From assembly GCA_947599835.1 (NCBI GenBank), contig CANQFQ010000005.1, positions 1 through 64,000 on the forward strand: a stretch of DNA of 64,000 nucleotides, written 5' to 3'. Of this stretch, positions 49,138 through 60,570 are shown piece after piece. The notes below the pieces were generated by a model. It saw nothing but the letters and a program-made list of their open reading frames with translations. It was not told the origin of the DNA and searched no databases. Position 1 is the first letter of the stretch. Each line of letters starts with the position of its first letter. Made by a program: the position numbers and the translations under genes. Source of the DNA: an uncultured Bacilli bacterium (lineage in GTDB: Bacteria > Bacillota_I > Bacilli_A > RFN20 > CAG-631).

Positions 49138-49579
49138 TCATAACGACTTGATGCACTAATTTTAACTGATAATTTTGCCCCACCTCTAAAGCGTTATTTT
49201 CGTCTACTAAAATTTGATATATTTTTTCATTGAGTTGACCTTGATAACCGATAAAACTAACGCCATCATAAGATACAGGTCCTATTTTTTGAACGATTTG
49301 ATAATTATTTTCTTTCATCGGTAAACTTAATAATTTCGTATATAATTTTATTTTTCTTTGATTAGGCAAATAATCCATTAAAAGATAATAACTAAAGATA
49401 CATAAAAAAATGCCACCAAAAAAGCCACCAAGCAAGAAGAAAAGTTTTTCATTTTTTCTTGATTGTAATAATAAAACGAAAACAATAAGTGCAACAAATA
49501 AAAAAAGTGTCATTAACATTTTAAAAAGAATTGTTTTATTGCATTTTTTTATGATTGTGATACGACTTTCATTAATCAT
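49115..49579 (-). CDS. membrane hypothetical protein (154 aa)
   Basis: Two predicted TM helices followed by a small soluble domain. First gene of the minus-strand operon. Confidence 0.35.
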   Translation of the reverse strand: MINESRITIIKKCNKTILFKMLMTLFLFVALIVFVLLLQSRKNEKLFFLLGGFFGGIFLCIFSYYLLMDYLPNQRKIKLYTKLLSLPMKENNYQIVQKIGPVSYDGVSFIGYQGQLNEKIYQILVDENNALEVGQNYQLKLVHQVVMSGEISDD

Positions 49580-49766
49580 TTATTTTTTCCTCATTTGCAG
49601 TAAAGCTTTTATTTGAAAAGCAAAATTATTATAAAAAAAATTATGATTTAAGTCAATGTATCTACTTATTTTAGCAAAAAAATGTAAAACAAAATACTGA
49701 CCTTGTTTTATTCTATTGATTGAGATAACCTCAAAAGAAGCAAGAGATAAATATTTGTTAAGATGA

Positions 49767-49795
49767 TTGTATTTTATAAATTTAAGGAATATAAT
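49767..49795 (+). promoter_or_regulatory. sigma-A-type promoter for adhE
   Basis: -35 TTGTAT (49767-49772), 17-nt spacer, -10 TATAAT (49790-49795). RBS AGGGAG at 49811-49816. Confidence 0.45.
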
Positions 49796-49826
49796 ATTGT
49801 AGGTTTTTTTAAAGGGAGATGTTTTT

Positions 49827-52400
49827 ATGATCGATCATAATGAAATTAATCAATTGGTAATGAATGCCAAGCAAGCATTAACAGAATTCGAAAATTTAAA
49901 TCAAGAACAAGTAGACTATATCGTAGCTAAATGTTCTGTTGCTGCTTTAGATCAACATGCCTTTCTTGCGATGGAAGCAATCAAAGAAACAAAAAGAGGC
50001 GTATTTGAAGATAAAGCTACCAAAAATTTATTTGCTTGCGAGTATGTGGTGAATAATATGAGACATTTAAAAACCGTAGGCATCATTAGTGAAAACCCTA
50101 TCACAGGAATTACAGAAATTGCTGATCCAATCGGTGTTATTTGTGGCATTACGCCTGTCACCAATCCAACTTCCACTGTCATTTTTAAATCATTAATTTG
50201 TTTAAAAACAAGAAATCCAATTATTTTTGCTTTCCATCCTTCAGCACAAGAATGTTCGAAAAAAACGGCTCAAATTCTTTATGAAGCTGCAGTTCATGCT
50301 GGTGCACCCAAAAATTGTATTCAATGGATTGAAAATCCTTCCATGGAAAAAACGAATTTACTTATGAATCATCCTGGTGTTGCGACCATTCTTGCAACCG
50401 GAGGAAATTCGATGGTAAAAGCGGCATATTCTTGTGGAAAGCCTGCAATGGGTGTGGGGGCTGGAAACGTTCCTGCTTATATTGAAAAAACAGCCGATAT
50501 TAAACAAACAGTTTATGATATTGTGATGTCTAAAACATTTGATAATGGAATGATTTGTGCTTCTGAACAAGCAGCAATTATCGATGATGAAATTTATAAT
50601 CAAACAATTGAAGAGTTTAAAAAATATCATGTTTATTTTTTAAATTCTCAAGAAAAAATGAAGCTTCAAGCCTATATGTTTGAAAATAATGGACAAAAAT
50701 TAAATAGTGCCGTGGTTGGACAATCGGCAAATTGGATTGCAATGCAAGCCGGAATTGAAATTCCAAAAAATACAACCATACTTGCAGTGCCTTGTTCAGT
50801 TGTCGGGGAAAATGAGCCTTTTACTCGTGAAAAATTATCTCCAGTCTTAGCCATTATCAAAGTTAAAAATAGTGAAGAAGGTTTAAAAATTGCCGAACAA
50901 ATGGTTGAATTTAACGGCCTTGGTCACTCAGCTGCCATTCATACAGCAAATAAAAATTTAGTTGAAACCTTTGGCAAAACATTGAAAGCAATTCGAATTA
51001 TTTGGAACTCTCCAGCTTCTTTTGGCGGCATCGGAAATATATATAATTCTTTTTTGCCTTCTTTAACTTTAGGATGTGGTTCTTATGGAAATAATTCGAT
51101 AGGGGACAACATCAGTGCAATGAATTTATTAAATATAAAGAAAATTGGAAAAAGGAGAAATAACATGCAATGGTTCAAAGTGCCTTCTAAAATTTATTTT
51201 GAACGCAATTCAATAGAATATTTAAAAACGTGTCGTGATATTCAAAAAGCATTTATCGTAACCGATAGAACGATGGTTGATTTAGGTTATGTAAATCGTG
51301 TTACCAGTCAATTAAATTTAAGAAGAAATCCTGTGCAAATCCAATTATTTTGTGATGTAGAGGCAGATCCGGATATTGAAACTGTAAAACAAGGGGTAGA
51401 ATTAATGAATGCTTTTAGACCCGATACGATTATTGCTTTAGGTGGTGGATCTGCGATGGATGCTGCTAAGGGAATGTGGTTATTTTATGAACATCCCGAA
51501 GTCGACTTTATAGATTTAAAGCAAAAATTTATGGATATCCGTAAACGGGCCTTTAAATATCCTCAATTAGGTAGAAAATCAAAATTAATTTGCATTCCAA
51601 CGACAAGTGGTACAGGATCCGAAGTCACGCCTTTTGCTGTGATTTCAAATAAAAAAGAAAACATAAAATATCCTTTAGCAGATTATTCCTTAACACCTAC
51701 CATTGCAATTATTGATGCTGAATTTACAACAAGTTTACCGGCTAGTGTTACTGCTGATACAGGAATGGATGTTTTAACACATGCCATTGAAGCCTATGTA
51801 TCTGTTCTTGCAAATGATTATACGGATGGTCTTGCTTTACAAGCGATTAAATTAGTTTTTGAATACCTACCTAGAGCCGTTAAAAATGGGGCAAATGATT
51901 TAGAAGCAAGAGAAAAAATGCATAATGCTTCAACGATCGCAGGAATGGCCTTTGCTAATGCTTTTTTAGGTATAAATCATGCGTTGGCACACAAAATAGG
52001 TGGTGTATTCCATGTTTCACATGGTAAGGCGAATGCGATTTTACTTCCTCATACTATTCGTTATAATGGCACGATTCCTGAAAGATTATCGACATGGCCA
52101 AAATATAATTATTATTGTGCGCATGAAAAATATCAACAAATCGCTAAATTGCTTGGTTTGAAAGCATCAACTTTTGAAGAAGGAGTGGAAAGTTTAGCCA
52201 AAGCTTGCAGTGATTTAGCCAAATCCATTGGCATCAAAATGAATTTTAAAGATTGTGGTATTGATCGAAAAACTTATTTTGAACAAATTGATAATATTGC
52301 ATTATTAGCCTATGAAGACCAATGTGCACCTGCAAATCCACGGGTTCCAGTCATTGAGGATATGAAACAAATTTTAATTGATGCTTACGAAAATAATTAG
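49827..52400 (+). CDS. adhE: bifunctional acetaldehyde-CoA/alcohol dehydrogenase
   Basis: N-terminal ALDH domain with catalytic Cys 'GMICASEQ'. C-terminal iron-ADH domain (GGGS, metal-binding His residues). 857 aa. Confidence 0.9.
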   Translation: MIDHNEINQLVMNAKQALTEFENLNQEQVDYIVAKCSVAALDQHAFLAMEAIKETKRGVFEDKATKNLFACEYVVNNMRHLKTVGIISENPITGITEIADPIGVICGITPVTNPTSTVIFKSLICLKTRNPIIFAFHPSAQECSKKTAQILYEAAVHAGAPKNCIQWIENPSMEKTNLLMNHPGVATILATGGNSMVKAAYSCGKPAMGVGAGNVPAYIEKTADIKQTVYDIVMSKTFDNGMICASEQAAIIDDEIYNQTIEEFKKYHVYFLNSQEKMKLQAYMFENNGQKLNSAVVGQSANWIAMQAGIEIPKNTTILAVPCSVVGENEPFTREKLSPVLAIIKVKNSEEGLKIAEQMVEFNGLGHSAAIHTANKNLVETFGKTLKAIRIIWNSPASFGGIGNIYNSFLPSLTLGCGSYGNNSIGDNISAMNLLNIKKIGKRRNNMQWFKVPSKIYFERNSIEYLKTCRDIQKAFIVTDRTMVDLGYVNRVTSQLNLRRNPVQIQLFCDVEADPDIETVKQGVELMNAFRPDTIIALGGGSAMDAAKGMWLFYEHPEVDFIDLKQKFMDIRKRAFKYPQLGRKSKLICIPTTSGTGSEVTPFAVISNKKENIKYPLADYSLTPTIAIIDAEFTTSLPASVTADTGMDVLTHAIEAYVSVLANDYTDGLALQAIKLVFEYLPRAVKNGANDLEAREKMHNASTIAGMAFANAFLGINHALAHKIGGVFHVSHGKANAILLPHTIRYNGTIPERLSTWPKYNYYCAHEKYQQIAKLLGLKASTFEEGVESLAKACSDLAKSIGIKMNFKDCGIDRKTYFEQIDNIALLAYEDQCAPANPRVPVIEDMKQILIDAYENN

Positions 52401-52496
52401 CAAAAAACTTTTCATAAAAAGTTTCATATGGAATACTAACACTTTACAAAAAGTAAAAATATTGTAAAATATTATCATGATAAAGGTGTAATAGAA

Positions 52497-54698
52497 ATGA
52501 AAGAAAATAAGCGTTATTTATTCCATAAATGGAATATTATTTTATTTGTTTTTAGTGCTCTTTTAATTGAGTGCTCCACTTTTTTATTTAATGGATTAGG
52601 TTTTTTACCCAAATATTTTTTAATTGATTTCGCTTGCATATTATTTTTTGTAGTTATTTTAATGATTATCCCTAACAATATCGCCGATATTGTCATCGCT
52701 TCCATCATTTTGATATTACAAATTGCCATTGCGATTGCGAATTCCAATTTACTTTTAATTACGGGTGAAGTGTTTGCTTGGGATATGCTCAGCGTGATTC
52801 ATGAAGCAACGCAGGCCGTTGGCGAAGGAATAGGATTTTCTATTGGATATGTGTTGATTTCTATTCCAATTTTAATTACTTATATTTTATTTTCCATTCG
52901 GTTACTCATTTATATGACGAAAGGCGAAGCAAAACCAAAAAGAAATTGGACACATTTCAAAAAACATTCTTTACTTACTGTCATTGTATGTTTAGTTAGT
53001 TTATTAATGTTCAATGGACAAAAAATATATATAGAAAATATACCTACGAGTGAAGATACGATGATTAACGATAAATATTTATATGATACCTTTTATTCGC
53101 ATCAAGAAGGCTTTAAAAAATTCGGTACTTTTGGGTATTATTTAATTTCCGGTATTCGTAGTATTAATGAGCATTTGATTTCTAAAAATTCACATCAAAG
53201 AAATTTAAGACAAAATTTAGATAAATATTTTCAAAAAAATAGTAACAAAAACAATCAGAATGATTTTACCGGCATATCTAATGGTAATAACTTAATTTAT
53301 ATCTTATGGGAAACTGGAGATTTTTCCGGTATAAACGAGGATTTAACGCCAAATTTATATTATTTATTCACCAATGGTTTAGCATTAAACGAATATTATG
53401 GTAAAGACCAAACGAATATTTCAGAAGGAAAATTTTTATTTGGTTCTTATCCTAGTGAAGGATTCTTAAATTATAATTTTTTGAAAAATAGTTATCCATT
53501 TACATTACCGAATCGTTTTCGTGATACTTATGGAGATAAATCGCAAATTGTTTCTTTCCATAACAATCGTGGAACTTATTATAAAAGAAATACTTCGCAT
53601 CTTCATTTTGGATTTGATGATCACGTTTCAATGGAAGATATGAAAATTGAACCTAATCCTGATTTTTGGATTAATCGGGATAGCGAAATGTTTAAAATCG
53701 CAACGGAAGAAACGGAAAACAATATTCCTTTAATGGTTCCTATGAATAGTGATGCTCCTTTTTTCACTTATGTTGCAACATTTTCAACTCATGGGCCTTT
53801 TGAAGGCAGACTTAACGAAGAAAAAGTAAGTGAAGATTATTATAATCATTATGCGCAATTAAAAGAAAAACTGGATGCTTATTTACTCACTCATCCAAAT
53901 CCAGTCAATTATCTTGGTTATCCTTTATTACTTGATGAAAATACAGATCCACAAATTGTGGAAATGGTAACAGATATAGATGAGAAATATAATGAACATG
54001 CGAAAGAATATCTTTTAGGTGCTATGGATTTAGACCAAGGAATAGGAAGTTTACTTGAAGCCTTAAGAAGAGAAGATCGTTTACATGATACTACAATTGC
54101 AATTTTATCCGATCATTACGGCTATTATCATGAATACGCTTTCACTTCGAAAGGATTAAACAAAAAAGAAAATGTGAATAATCCAGAGGCCTATCATATT
54201 CCTGGCATTCTTTATGATGAAAAATTAGTGGATGCCATTAAACAACTTCCAAGTGAAAAACTCAGTCAATATCATTTAAGTTATACTACTTATGAATATA
54301 CTCAAGATACGATTTTGGGCAGTGATAAATTCTTTACGAATATTGATATGGCACCCACATTAATGAATTTATTTGATATACCATATGATAGTGCCCTCTA
54401 TTTAGGAAATGATTTATTTAATGAAGATTACTCTTTTATCAATTCTAGAAAAGGCGGTATCTTTGATAATCAATTTTATACTGAAGATGGCACTGATATT
54501 ACTAATCTAGATCCTGACTACTTATTGTATGTAAATGGAGACAAGAAAAACGCGACTCCAGAAGAGTTAGCATATTACAACGAATATGAACAAGAACAAA
54601 AAGAATTCATAATGAAATGTAGTGATTTTATCATAAAATCTTATTACTTGAATACATTATATGAATGCGATTATTTTTCCTATCGTTCAATGATTTAA
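52497..54698 (+). CDS. LtaS-family sulfatase-domain membrane protein (lipoteichoic acid synthase/phosphoglycerol transferase-like)
   Basis: Five N-terminal TM helices, then an extracellular alkaline-phosphatase-superfamily domain with an 'AILSDHYGYY' block resembling the LtaS GDHYG motif. Confidence 0.5.
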   Translation: MKENKRYLFHKWNIILFVFSALLIECSTFLFNGLGFLPKYFLIDFACILFFVVILMIIPNNIADIVIASIILILQIAIAIANSNLLLITGEVFAWDMLSVIHEATQAVGEGIGFSIGYVLISIPILITYILFSIRLLIYMTKGEAKPKRNWTHFKKHSLLTVIVCLVSLLMFNGQKIYIENIPTSEDTMINDKYLYDTFYSHQEGFKKFGTFGYYLISGIRSINEHLISKNSHQRNLRQNLDKYFQKNSNKNNQNDFTGISNGNNLIYILWETGDFSGINEDLTPNLYYLFTNGLALNEYYGKDQTNISEGKFLFGSYPSEGFLNYNFLKNSYPFTLPNRFRDTYGDKSQIVSFHNNRGTYYKRNTSHLHFGFDDHVSMEDMKIEPNPDFWINRDSEMFKIATEETENNIPLMVPMNSDAPFFTYVATFSTHGPFEGRLNEEKVSEDYYNHYAQLKEKLDAYLLTHPNPVNYLGYPLLLDENTDPQIVEMVTDIDEKYNEHAKEYLLGAMDLDQGIGSLLEALRREDRLHDTTIAILSDHYGYYHEYAFTSKGLNKKENVNNPEAYHIPGILYDEKLVDAIKQLPSEKLSQYHLSYTTYEYTQDTILGSDKFFTNIDMAPTLMNLFDIPYDSALYLGNDLFNEDYSFINSRKGGIFDNQFYTEDGTDITNLDPDYLLYVNGDKKNATPEELAYYNEYEQEQKEFIMKCSDFIIKSYYLNTLYECDYFSYRSMI

Positions 54699-54706
54699 TG
54701 ATTATA

Positions 54707-54738
54707 GGTTATGTTTAAATAACATGACCTTTTTTTAT
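54707..54738 (+). terminator. rho-independent terminator after the LtaS-like gene
   Basis: 9-bp stem ggttatgtt/aacatgacc (one G-U pair) followed by T7. Confidence 0.45.
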
Positions 54739-54781
54739 GTTTGAATGCCTGTTAAATGGAAATAAAATGGGGCTGATGTCG

Positions 54782-54810
54782 CAAAAAAAACTTGAATATA
54801 TAAATATATT
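54782..54810 (+). promoter_or_regulatory. consensus sigma-A promoter for the rpsB-tsf operon
   Basis: -35 TTGAAT (54782-54787), 17-nt spacer, -10 TATAAT (54805-54810). A ~110-nt leader precedes the RBS AGGAGG. Confidence 0.5.
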
Positions 54811-54920
54811 CATGTATAATTAACTCGCTATGGAAAACACATAGTAAATTACACACACAGCGCATCCACTTAATGCATATGAATTAGCAGCTGTGGCGGA
54901 AAAAATTAGGAGGAAAATAA

Positions 54921-55982
54921 ATGGAAGAAGAAAAAGTAGTCGCAAATGAAGAAGCGACTGAAGTTGTACAAGAACAAGTACAAGAAGTAGAACAACCTAC
55001 AATGGTTGAGGTAGCACTTGATGAATCTGCACCGATTATTACAATGAAAAAATTGCTAGAAGCAGGATCACAATTTGGTCATCAAACAAAAAGATGGAAT
55101 CCAAAGATGAAACCTTATATCTATGCACCAAGAAATGGAATTTATATCATTGATTTAGCTAAAACTGTAGAATGTATCACAAATGCTTATCTCGCATTAA
55201 AAGAAATTACAAAGAATGGCGGAAAAGTGTTATTTGTTGGAACTAAAAAACAAATCAAAGATGTAATGATTGAAGAAGCAACACGTTCTGGATCATTTTA
55301 TGTAACACAAAGATGGTTGGGTGGTACATTAACAAACTTTAAAACCATTGTAAAAAGAATCAAAAAATTAAAAGATATTGAAAAAATGGAAGAAGATGGC
55401 TTGTTTATGAACCTTCCAAAAAAAGAAGTTTTATCTATTAAAAAAGAACAAGCACGTTTGGAAAAATTCTTTGGTGGCATTAAAGAAATGCGGAAATTAC
55501 CACAAGCTGTATTTGTTGTCGATCCACGCGTTGAACATAACGCTGTCGCAGAAGCTAGAAAATTAGGAATCCCTGTATTTGCAATTGTAGATACAAATTC
55601 TGATCCAGATGTTGTAGATTACGTAATCCCTGCAAATGATGATGCCGTTAAATCAGTAAAATTAATTACAACGGTAATCGCCGATGCTGTATGTGAAGCT
55701 AAAGGCGGCGTTGTTAGCATCGCACATACGAAAGACGAAGGTGAAGAAGTTTCAATGAATGAAGTTTTAAAGATCGCCGATCGTCAAGCAGAAGCCAAAA
55801 AACAAGCTAAATTACAAAAAGAAAAAGAAGAAGCTGAAAAACAAAAAGAACAAAAACGTCCTTATAATAGAACAAAAAAACCAGTTGAAAGAAAAACAAA
55901 ATCCGAAAAGACTGCTGAAACAACTCCAGTAGAAGAAAAGGAAGAAAGTATTGAAACTGAAGTTGAAACTAAGGAGGAATAA
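54921..55982 (+). CDS. rpsB: 30S ribosomal protein S2 with acidic N-terminal and K/E-rich C-terminal extensions
   Basis: Core '[22 protein letters not shown]...IYIIDL'. Strong RBS AGGAGG 8 nt before the ATG at 54921, so the ~40-aa acidic N-terminal extension is supported. ~80-aa K/E-rich C-terminal tail. Confidence 0.85.
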   Translation: MEEEKVVANEEATEVVQEQVQEVEQPTMVEVALDESAPIITMKKLLEAGSQFGHQTKRWNPKMKPYIYAPRNGIYIIDLAKTVECITNAYLALKEITKNGGKVLFVGTKKQIKDVMIEEATRSGSFYVTQRWLGGTLTNFKTIVKRIKKLKDIEKMEEDGLFMNLPKKEVLSIKKEQARLEKFFGGIKEMRKLPQAVFVVDPRVEHNAVAEARKLGIPVFAIVDTNSDPDVVDYVIPANDDAVKSVKLITTVIADAVCEAKGGVVSIAHTKDEGEEVSMNEVLKIADRQAEAKKQAKLQKEKEEAEKQKEQKRPYNRTKKPVERKTKSEKTAETTPVEEKEESIETEVETKEE

Positions 55983-55984
55983 AA

Positions 55985-56857
55985 ATGGCTGTTAATGCAA
56001 GTTTAATCAAAGAATTACGTGAAAGAACTAGTGCAGGAATGTTAGATTGCAAAAAAGCACTAGAACAAACAAATAATGATTTAGAAAAAGCAATTGATTG
56101 GTTACGTGAAAATGGTATTGTCAAAGCGGCTAAAAAATCTGGTAGAATCGCAGCCGAAGGAATGGCTGATATTGCAGTTTTAGGTAATGTCGCTGCCATT
56201 GTAGAAGTCAATTCTGAAACAGATTTTGTTGCAAGAAATAGTACTTTTCAAGCATTAGTTAAAGAAATTGCAAAAACTATTGCTAAAAACGCTCCAAAAA
56301 CGTTAGATGATGCTTTAGCATTAGATTGTAATGGCGAAACAATTAACGATAAAATCGTGAATGCTACCGCTACGATCGGAGAAAAGATTAGTTTAAGAAG
56401 ATTTGAAGTTTTGACAAAAAATGAAAATGAAATTTTTGGAACATATCTTCACATGGGTGGAAAAAAAGCCTCTGTTGTTGTTTTAGAAGGAAATAATCCT
56501 GATGTTGCTTTTGATATTGCTATGCAAGTAGTTGCTACATTACCTAGTTATATCAATAAAGAAGATGTTCCTGCTGAATATATTGAAAAAGAATTAAAAG
56601 TTCGTCTTGATGCAAGTAAAGCTAATGGTAGAGAACTTACAAATCCAAAAGCAATTGAAGGTTTAAAATTAAAAATTGCTGATGAAGTTGCATTGGTACA
56701 ACAAGAATATATCAAAGAAGAAAAACTTAAAGTCGGACAATTTTTAAAACAAAACAATTCAACTGTAAAACAAATGGTTTACTATATTGTTGGTGAAGGT
56801 TTAGAAAAGAAAGAAGAAAATTTCGTAGAAGAAGTTATGAGTCAACTCAAAAAATAA
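55985..56857 (+). CDS. tsf: elongation factor Ts
   Basis: N-terminal UBA-like 'ASLIKELRERTSAGMLDCKKAL'. Follows rpsB directly. Confidence 0.9.
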   Translation: MAVNASLIKELRERTSAGMLDCKKALEQTNNDLEKAIDWLRENGIVKAAKKSGRIAAEGMADIAVLGNVAAIVEVNSETDFVARNSTFQALVKEIAKTIAKNAPKTLDDALALDCNGETINDKIVNATATIGEKISLRRFEVLTKNENEIFGTYLHMGGKKASVVVLEGNNPDVAFDIAMQVVATLPSYINKEDVPAEYIEKELKVRLDASKANGRELTNPKAIEGLKLKIADEVALVQQEYIKEEKLKVGQFLKQNNSTVKQMVYYIVGEGLEKKEENFVEEVMSQLKK

Positions 56858-56902
56858 GGACACTATTTTTAGTGTTCTTTTTTTAAAAGGAGGAAGATAC
56901 CC

Positions 56903-57610
56903 ATGTACAAAAGAGTTTTATTAAAATTAAGTGGTGAGGCTTTAAAAGATGAAAAAAGCAATGCCCCTATTGATGTGAAAAAATTAAATGCCCTAGCCAA
57001 AGAAATTAAAGAAATCCATCACTTAGGAGTTCAAATAGCGATCGTGATTGGCGCCGGAAATATTTGGCGTGGTAAATATGGCGAACAAATGGGCATTGAA
57101 CGTGCTGCAGCAGATTATATGGGTATGCTCGCCACGATTTTAAATGCACTTGCAATTCAAAATGCTTTAGAATCTATCGGGGTAGAAACAAGAGTTCAAA
57201 CTTCTTTAACCATTAGTCAAGTCGCAGAACCTTATATTCGCAGAAAGGCGATGACTCATTTAGAAAAAAATCGTGTTTTAATTCTTGGAGGCGGCACAGG
57301 TAATCCATATTTTTCAACAGATACAGCTGCTGCATTGCGGGCAATTGAATTGGATGTGGATGCAATTTTAATGGCCAAAAATGGAGTGGACGGAATTTAC
57401 TCCGCTGATCCTTTCAAAGATCAAAAAGCGAAGAAATTTGATAAGATTTCCTATATGGAAATTTTATCCAAAAAATTAGAAGTCATGGACTTAACAGCAG
57501 TTTCATTATGTATGGGAAACAAAATGAAATTAGTGGTATTTAATATGAATGAAAGCGGAAATATTTTAAAAGTTTGCCAAGGTGAAAAACTTGGAACCAT
57601 CGTAGAATAA
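56903..57610 (+). CDS. pyrH: UMP kinase
   Basis: '[11 protein letters not shown]' and '[10 protein letters not shown]' amino-acid-kinase-fold motifs. Conserved position after tsf. Confidence 0.9.
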   Translation: MYKRVLLKLSGEALKDEKSNAPIDVKKLNALAKEIKEIHHLGVQIAIVIGAGNIWRGKYGEQMGIERAAADYMGMLATILNALAIQNALESIGVETRVQTSLTISQVAEPYIRRKAMTHLEKNRVLILGGGTGNPYFSTDTAAALRAIELDVDAILMAKNGVDGIYSADPFKDQKAKKFDKISYMEILSKKLEVMDLTAVSLCMGNKMKLVVFNMNESGNILKVCQGEKLGTIVE

Positions 57611-57625
57611 AAGGAGGACGAGGGT

Positions 57626-58177
57626 ATGGAACAAGAAAATATTATTATACTTGATTGTGAAGAAAGAATGGAAAAATCAATTCAAAATTACAAAGCAGAT
57701 TTACTTAAAGTAAAAACAGGACGTGCAAATGCTAATTTAGTTCGTGATGTTGAAGTGGATTATTGGGGTGCAATGACGCCGCTCTACCAAATTGCTAATA
57801 TTTCAATTCCAGAAGCTTCACAAATTATCATTAAGCCTTATGATAAAAATCAATTAAAAGAAGTCGAAAGAGCCTTAATTAATGCCGATCTTGGTTTTAC
57901 ACCTGTAAATGATGGTGCAGTAATCCGTTGTAATATTCCCCAATTAACCGGAGAAACACGGGCAAAACTAGTTAAAGAATGCTATAAAATGGCTGAAGAA
58001 ACGAAAGTCGCAATTCGTAATATCCGGAGAGATGCCATTTCTGAATTAAAAAAGGAAAAATTACCTGAAGATACAGAAAAAGACCTTGAAGAAGAAGTTC
58101 AAAAAATAACGGACAAATCGACAAAAAAGATCGATGAATTGGCAAAAGAAAAAGAAAAAGAATTAATGATTGTTTAA
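57626..58177 (+). CDS. frr: ribosome recycling factor
   Basis: 183 aa. 'LLKVKTGRANANLV' and 'IRNIRRDA' motifs. Confidence 0.9.
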   Translation: MEQENIIILDCEERMEKSIQNYKADLLKVKTGRANANLVRDVEVDYWGAMTPLYQIANISIPEASQIIIKPYDKNQLKEVERALINADLGFTPVNDGAVIRCNIPQLTGETRAKLVKECYKMAEETKVAIRNIRRDAISELKKEKLPEDTEKDLEEEVQKITDKSTKKIDELAKEKEKELMIV

Positions 58178-58263
58178 TTTAATACTATTAAAAAAATAAT
58201 AAACAAAAAGTAAACACAAAAATTCATTGAAGTAAAACCAAATTGTTAAACAAGGAGGATTCA

Positions 58264-58290
58264 GTAAACATTTGTTGTTTACTTTTTTTT
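58264..58290 (+). terminator. rho-independent terminator downstream of frr
   Basis: Stem gtaaaca/tgtttac followed by T8. Confidence 0.4.
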
Positions 58291-58476
58291 AATAAAATCG
58301 ACGTTCAAAAATGAAGTTTCAAGCTTCATTAAAAAAATAAAAATATTTCTAACTTTAATTGATAAATCTGTTGTTTTTTGCTACACTAATGTGTGTAACA
58401 CATTAAAATCATTTTAATGTTTATATTTCTATTATCAAGAATACTACATATTGAAAATAGGCTGGAGGTTTTTTGA

Positions 58477-59427
58477 ATGAAGCAAAGATTGATTACAGCT
58501 GCAGTGTTACTTGCAATCTGTGTACCTTTATTAATTCTCGGTGGATATTTTTTAGCCATCGCAGTAGCAATTATTGGATGTTATGCTGGATATGAATTGG
58601 TATCTTTAAAAACAAAAAGTTTTGAAAAACAACTTTATCCTGTTGGGGTTTATGTCATTGTTTTTATCGGAATTTTCACTTTATTATTTTTAAATTATAC
58701 TTTTGAAGGAAACACGGTTGTTTTAAATTTTGATTTTAAGCAAGGAATCATGACAAATATTGGCTTTTCCATTGGTAATTTGGCTTTATTTTTTATTTTA
58801 TTACTTTGTAGTTGTGTGATTTCAAAAGATTGTAAAATTATGGATGCTTGTTATTTATTTACCATGGTTGTTGTACTCACATTAGGATTACAAAGTTTTC
58901 TTTATATTAGAAGTTTACCTTTAAATGAAAATTTAATCGGTCTAGTGCAATATCAAGGATATGGTTATGAAAAATTAAATGGCATTTTTATTACAATTTA
59001 TCTTCTAGTGACGACTATGATGACCGATACAGGCGCAATGCTTGGGGGTATGCTTTTTAGAAAATCAAAAAGACCCGTTCATCCATTAATTGAACGTGTA
59101 TCCCCTAAAAAAACCGTCGAAGGTGCGATTACTGGAAGTGTTTGTGGCACTTTATTTGGATCGTTAATTTTTGGCCTTTTAGTGCAACGTTTTGAACTTT
59201 CTTTGCCTATCTATGTGTATATTCTTTTAACTTTTCTTTTAACTATCATGGCTCAATTTGGTGATTTAATTTTTAGTTGTGTGAAAAGACATTATCAAAT
59301 CAAAGATTTTAGTAATTTATTACCTGGACATGGTGGTGTTTTAGACCGCATTGATTCCTTAATTTTTAATAGTATTTTTCTAGGTGTCTTTCTATGTGTT
59401 TGTATTCAAGGATTTGGATGGTTTTAA
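58477..59427 (+). CDS. cdsA: phosphatidate cytidylyltransferase
   Basis: Polytopic membrane protein with the C-terminal CTP-transferase signature '[25 protein letters not shown]'. Confidence 0.8.
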   Translation: MKQRLITAAVLLAICVPLLILGGYFLAIAVAIIGCYAGYELVSLKTKSFEKQLYPVGVYVIVFIGIFTLLFLNYTFEGNTVVLNFDFKQGIMTNIGFSIGNLALFFILLLCSCVISKDCKIMDACYLFTMVVVLTLGLQSFLYIRSLPLNENLIGLVQYQGYGYEKLNGIFITIYLLVTTMMTDTGAMLGGMLFRKSKRPVHPLIERVSPKKTVEGAITGSVCGTLFGSLIFGLLVQRFELSLPIYVYILLTFLLTIMAQFGDLIFSCVKRHYQIKDFSNLLPGHGGVLDRIDSLIFNSIFLGVFLCVCIQGFGWF

Positions 59428-59433
59428 AAATAT

Positions 59434-60570
59434 ATGAAAAAAATCGCAATTTTAGGAGCAAGTGGCTCCATTGGAACAACAACTTTAGCTATTATAAAAG
59501 AAAATCCTAAAAAATTTAAAGTTGTCGCTATTAGTGTTTATTCAAACACGAGTTTGTTAAAACAACTTTTAAATGATTTTCCATCGATTCAACTTGTCGG
59601 TGTCAAATCCTTACAAGAAATTTCTTCGTATATTTTAGATTATCCTAACGTAAAATTTTATGAAGGAAATGAAGGATTAAACCAAGTGGCTACTTGTGAT
59701 TGTGACATCGTTGTCAATGCATTGGTAGGTTTTGTAGGTTTACTTCCTACGATTCAAGCCTTAAATGCCAAAAAAGATGTGGCTTTAGCAAATAAAGAAA
59801 CATTAGTTGTAGCCGGAAAAATGGTAATGGATTTAGCAAAGCAAAACAACGTGCATATCTATCCTATGGATAGTGAACATTCTGCTATTTTTCAATGCTT
59901 AGAAAAAAATAATCCTATTCGAAAAGTGATTTTAACGGCAAGTGGTGGACCTTTTTTTCATTATAGTTTAAAAGAAGTGGAAAACGTTCCTGTAGAAAAG
60001 GCACTCGCACATCCAAATTGGAAAATGGGCAAAAAAATAACCATTGATTGTGCAACCATGATGAATAAGGCTTTTGAAATCGTTGAAGCCAAATGGTTAT
60101 TTAACTTGGAGTTAGATCAAATCGAAGTTGTCATTCATCCGCAAAGCAAAATTCATTCAATGATTGAATTTGAAGATGGATCGATAAAAGCTCAACTTGG
60201 AATTTCTAGTATGAGAATTCCAATTAGCTATGCACTTTCTTATCCTAAAAGAATTAAAAATGTTTGTGCTTCTTTATCTTTTTTAGAAAAACAAACATTT
60301 GAATTTTATCCTGTAGATAAACATCGTTTTGAGGCTATTGAATTAGCTTACGAAGGTTTAAAAAGACAAGGAACCTATTTTGCGATAATGAATGCAGCAA
60401 ACGAAGAAGCCGTACAAATGTATTTAAATCATGAAATTCATTTTGGAAGAATTATTGAAATTGTAAAAGAAACTTTAAATGCTTGTCCATTTGAAAATAA
60501 ACTTACACTTGAAAATGTGATCAAAGCAGATGATTTAGCAAGAACGTATGTAAAGGGGTTGAAAAAATGA
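59434..60570 (+). CDS. dxr: 1-deoxy-D-xylulose-5-phosphate reductoisomerase
   Basis: 'KIAILGASGSIGTTTL' Rossmann motif, 'LANKETLV' and 'MDSEHSAIFQCL' motifs. Confidence 0.9.
   Translation: MKKIAILGASGSIGTTTLAIIKENPKKFKVVAISVYSNTSLLKQLLNDFPSIQLVGVKSLQEISSYILDYPNVKFYEGNEGLNQVATCDCDIVVNALVGFVGLLPTIQALNAKKDVALANKETLVVAGKMVMDLAKQNNVHIYPMDSEHSAIFQCLEKNNPIRKVILTASGGPFFHYSLKEVENVPVEKALAHPNWKMGKKITIDCATMMNKAFEIVEAKWLFNLELDQIEVVIHPQSKIHSMIEFEDGSIKAQLGISSMRIPISYALSYPKRIKNVCASLSFLEKQTFEFYPVDKHRFEAIELAYEGLKRQGTYFAIMNAANEEAVQMYLNHEIHFGRIIEIVKETLNACPFENKLTLENVIKADDLARTYVKGLKK

Noticed and set aside
58252-58262. Strong Shine-Dalgarno-like AAGGAGG between frr and cdsA
   Set aside because: No ATG/GTG/TTG at suitable spacing follows it and no ORF follows. 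It is immediately followed by a terminator hairpin. It may be a remnant of uppS, but it is not an expressed gene start.
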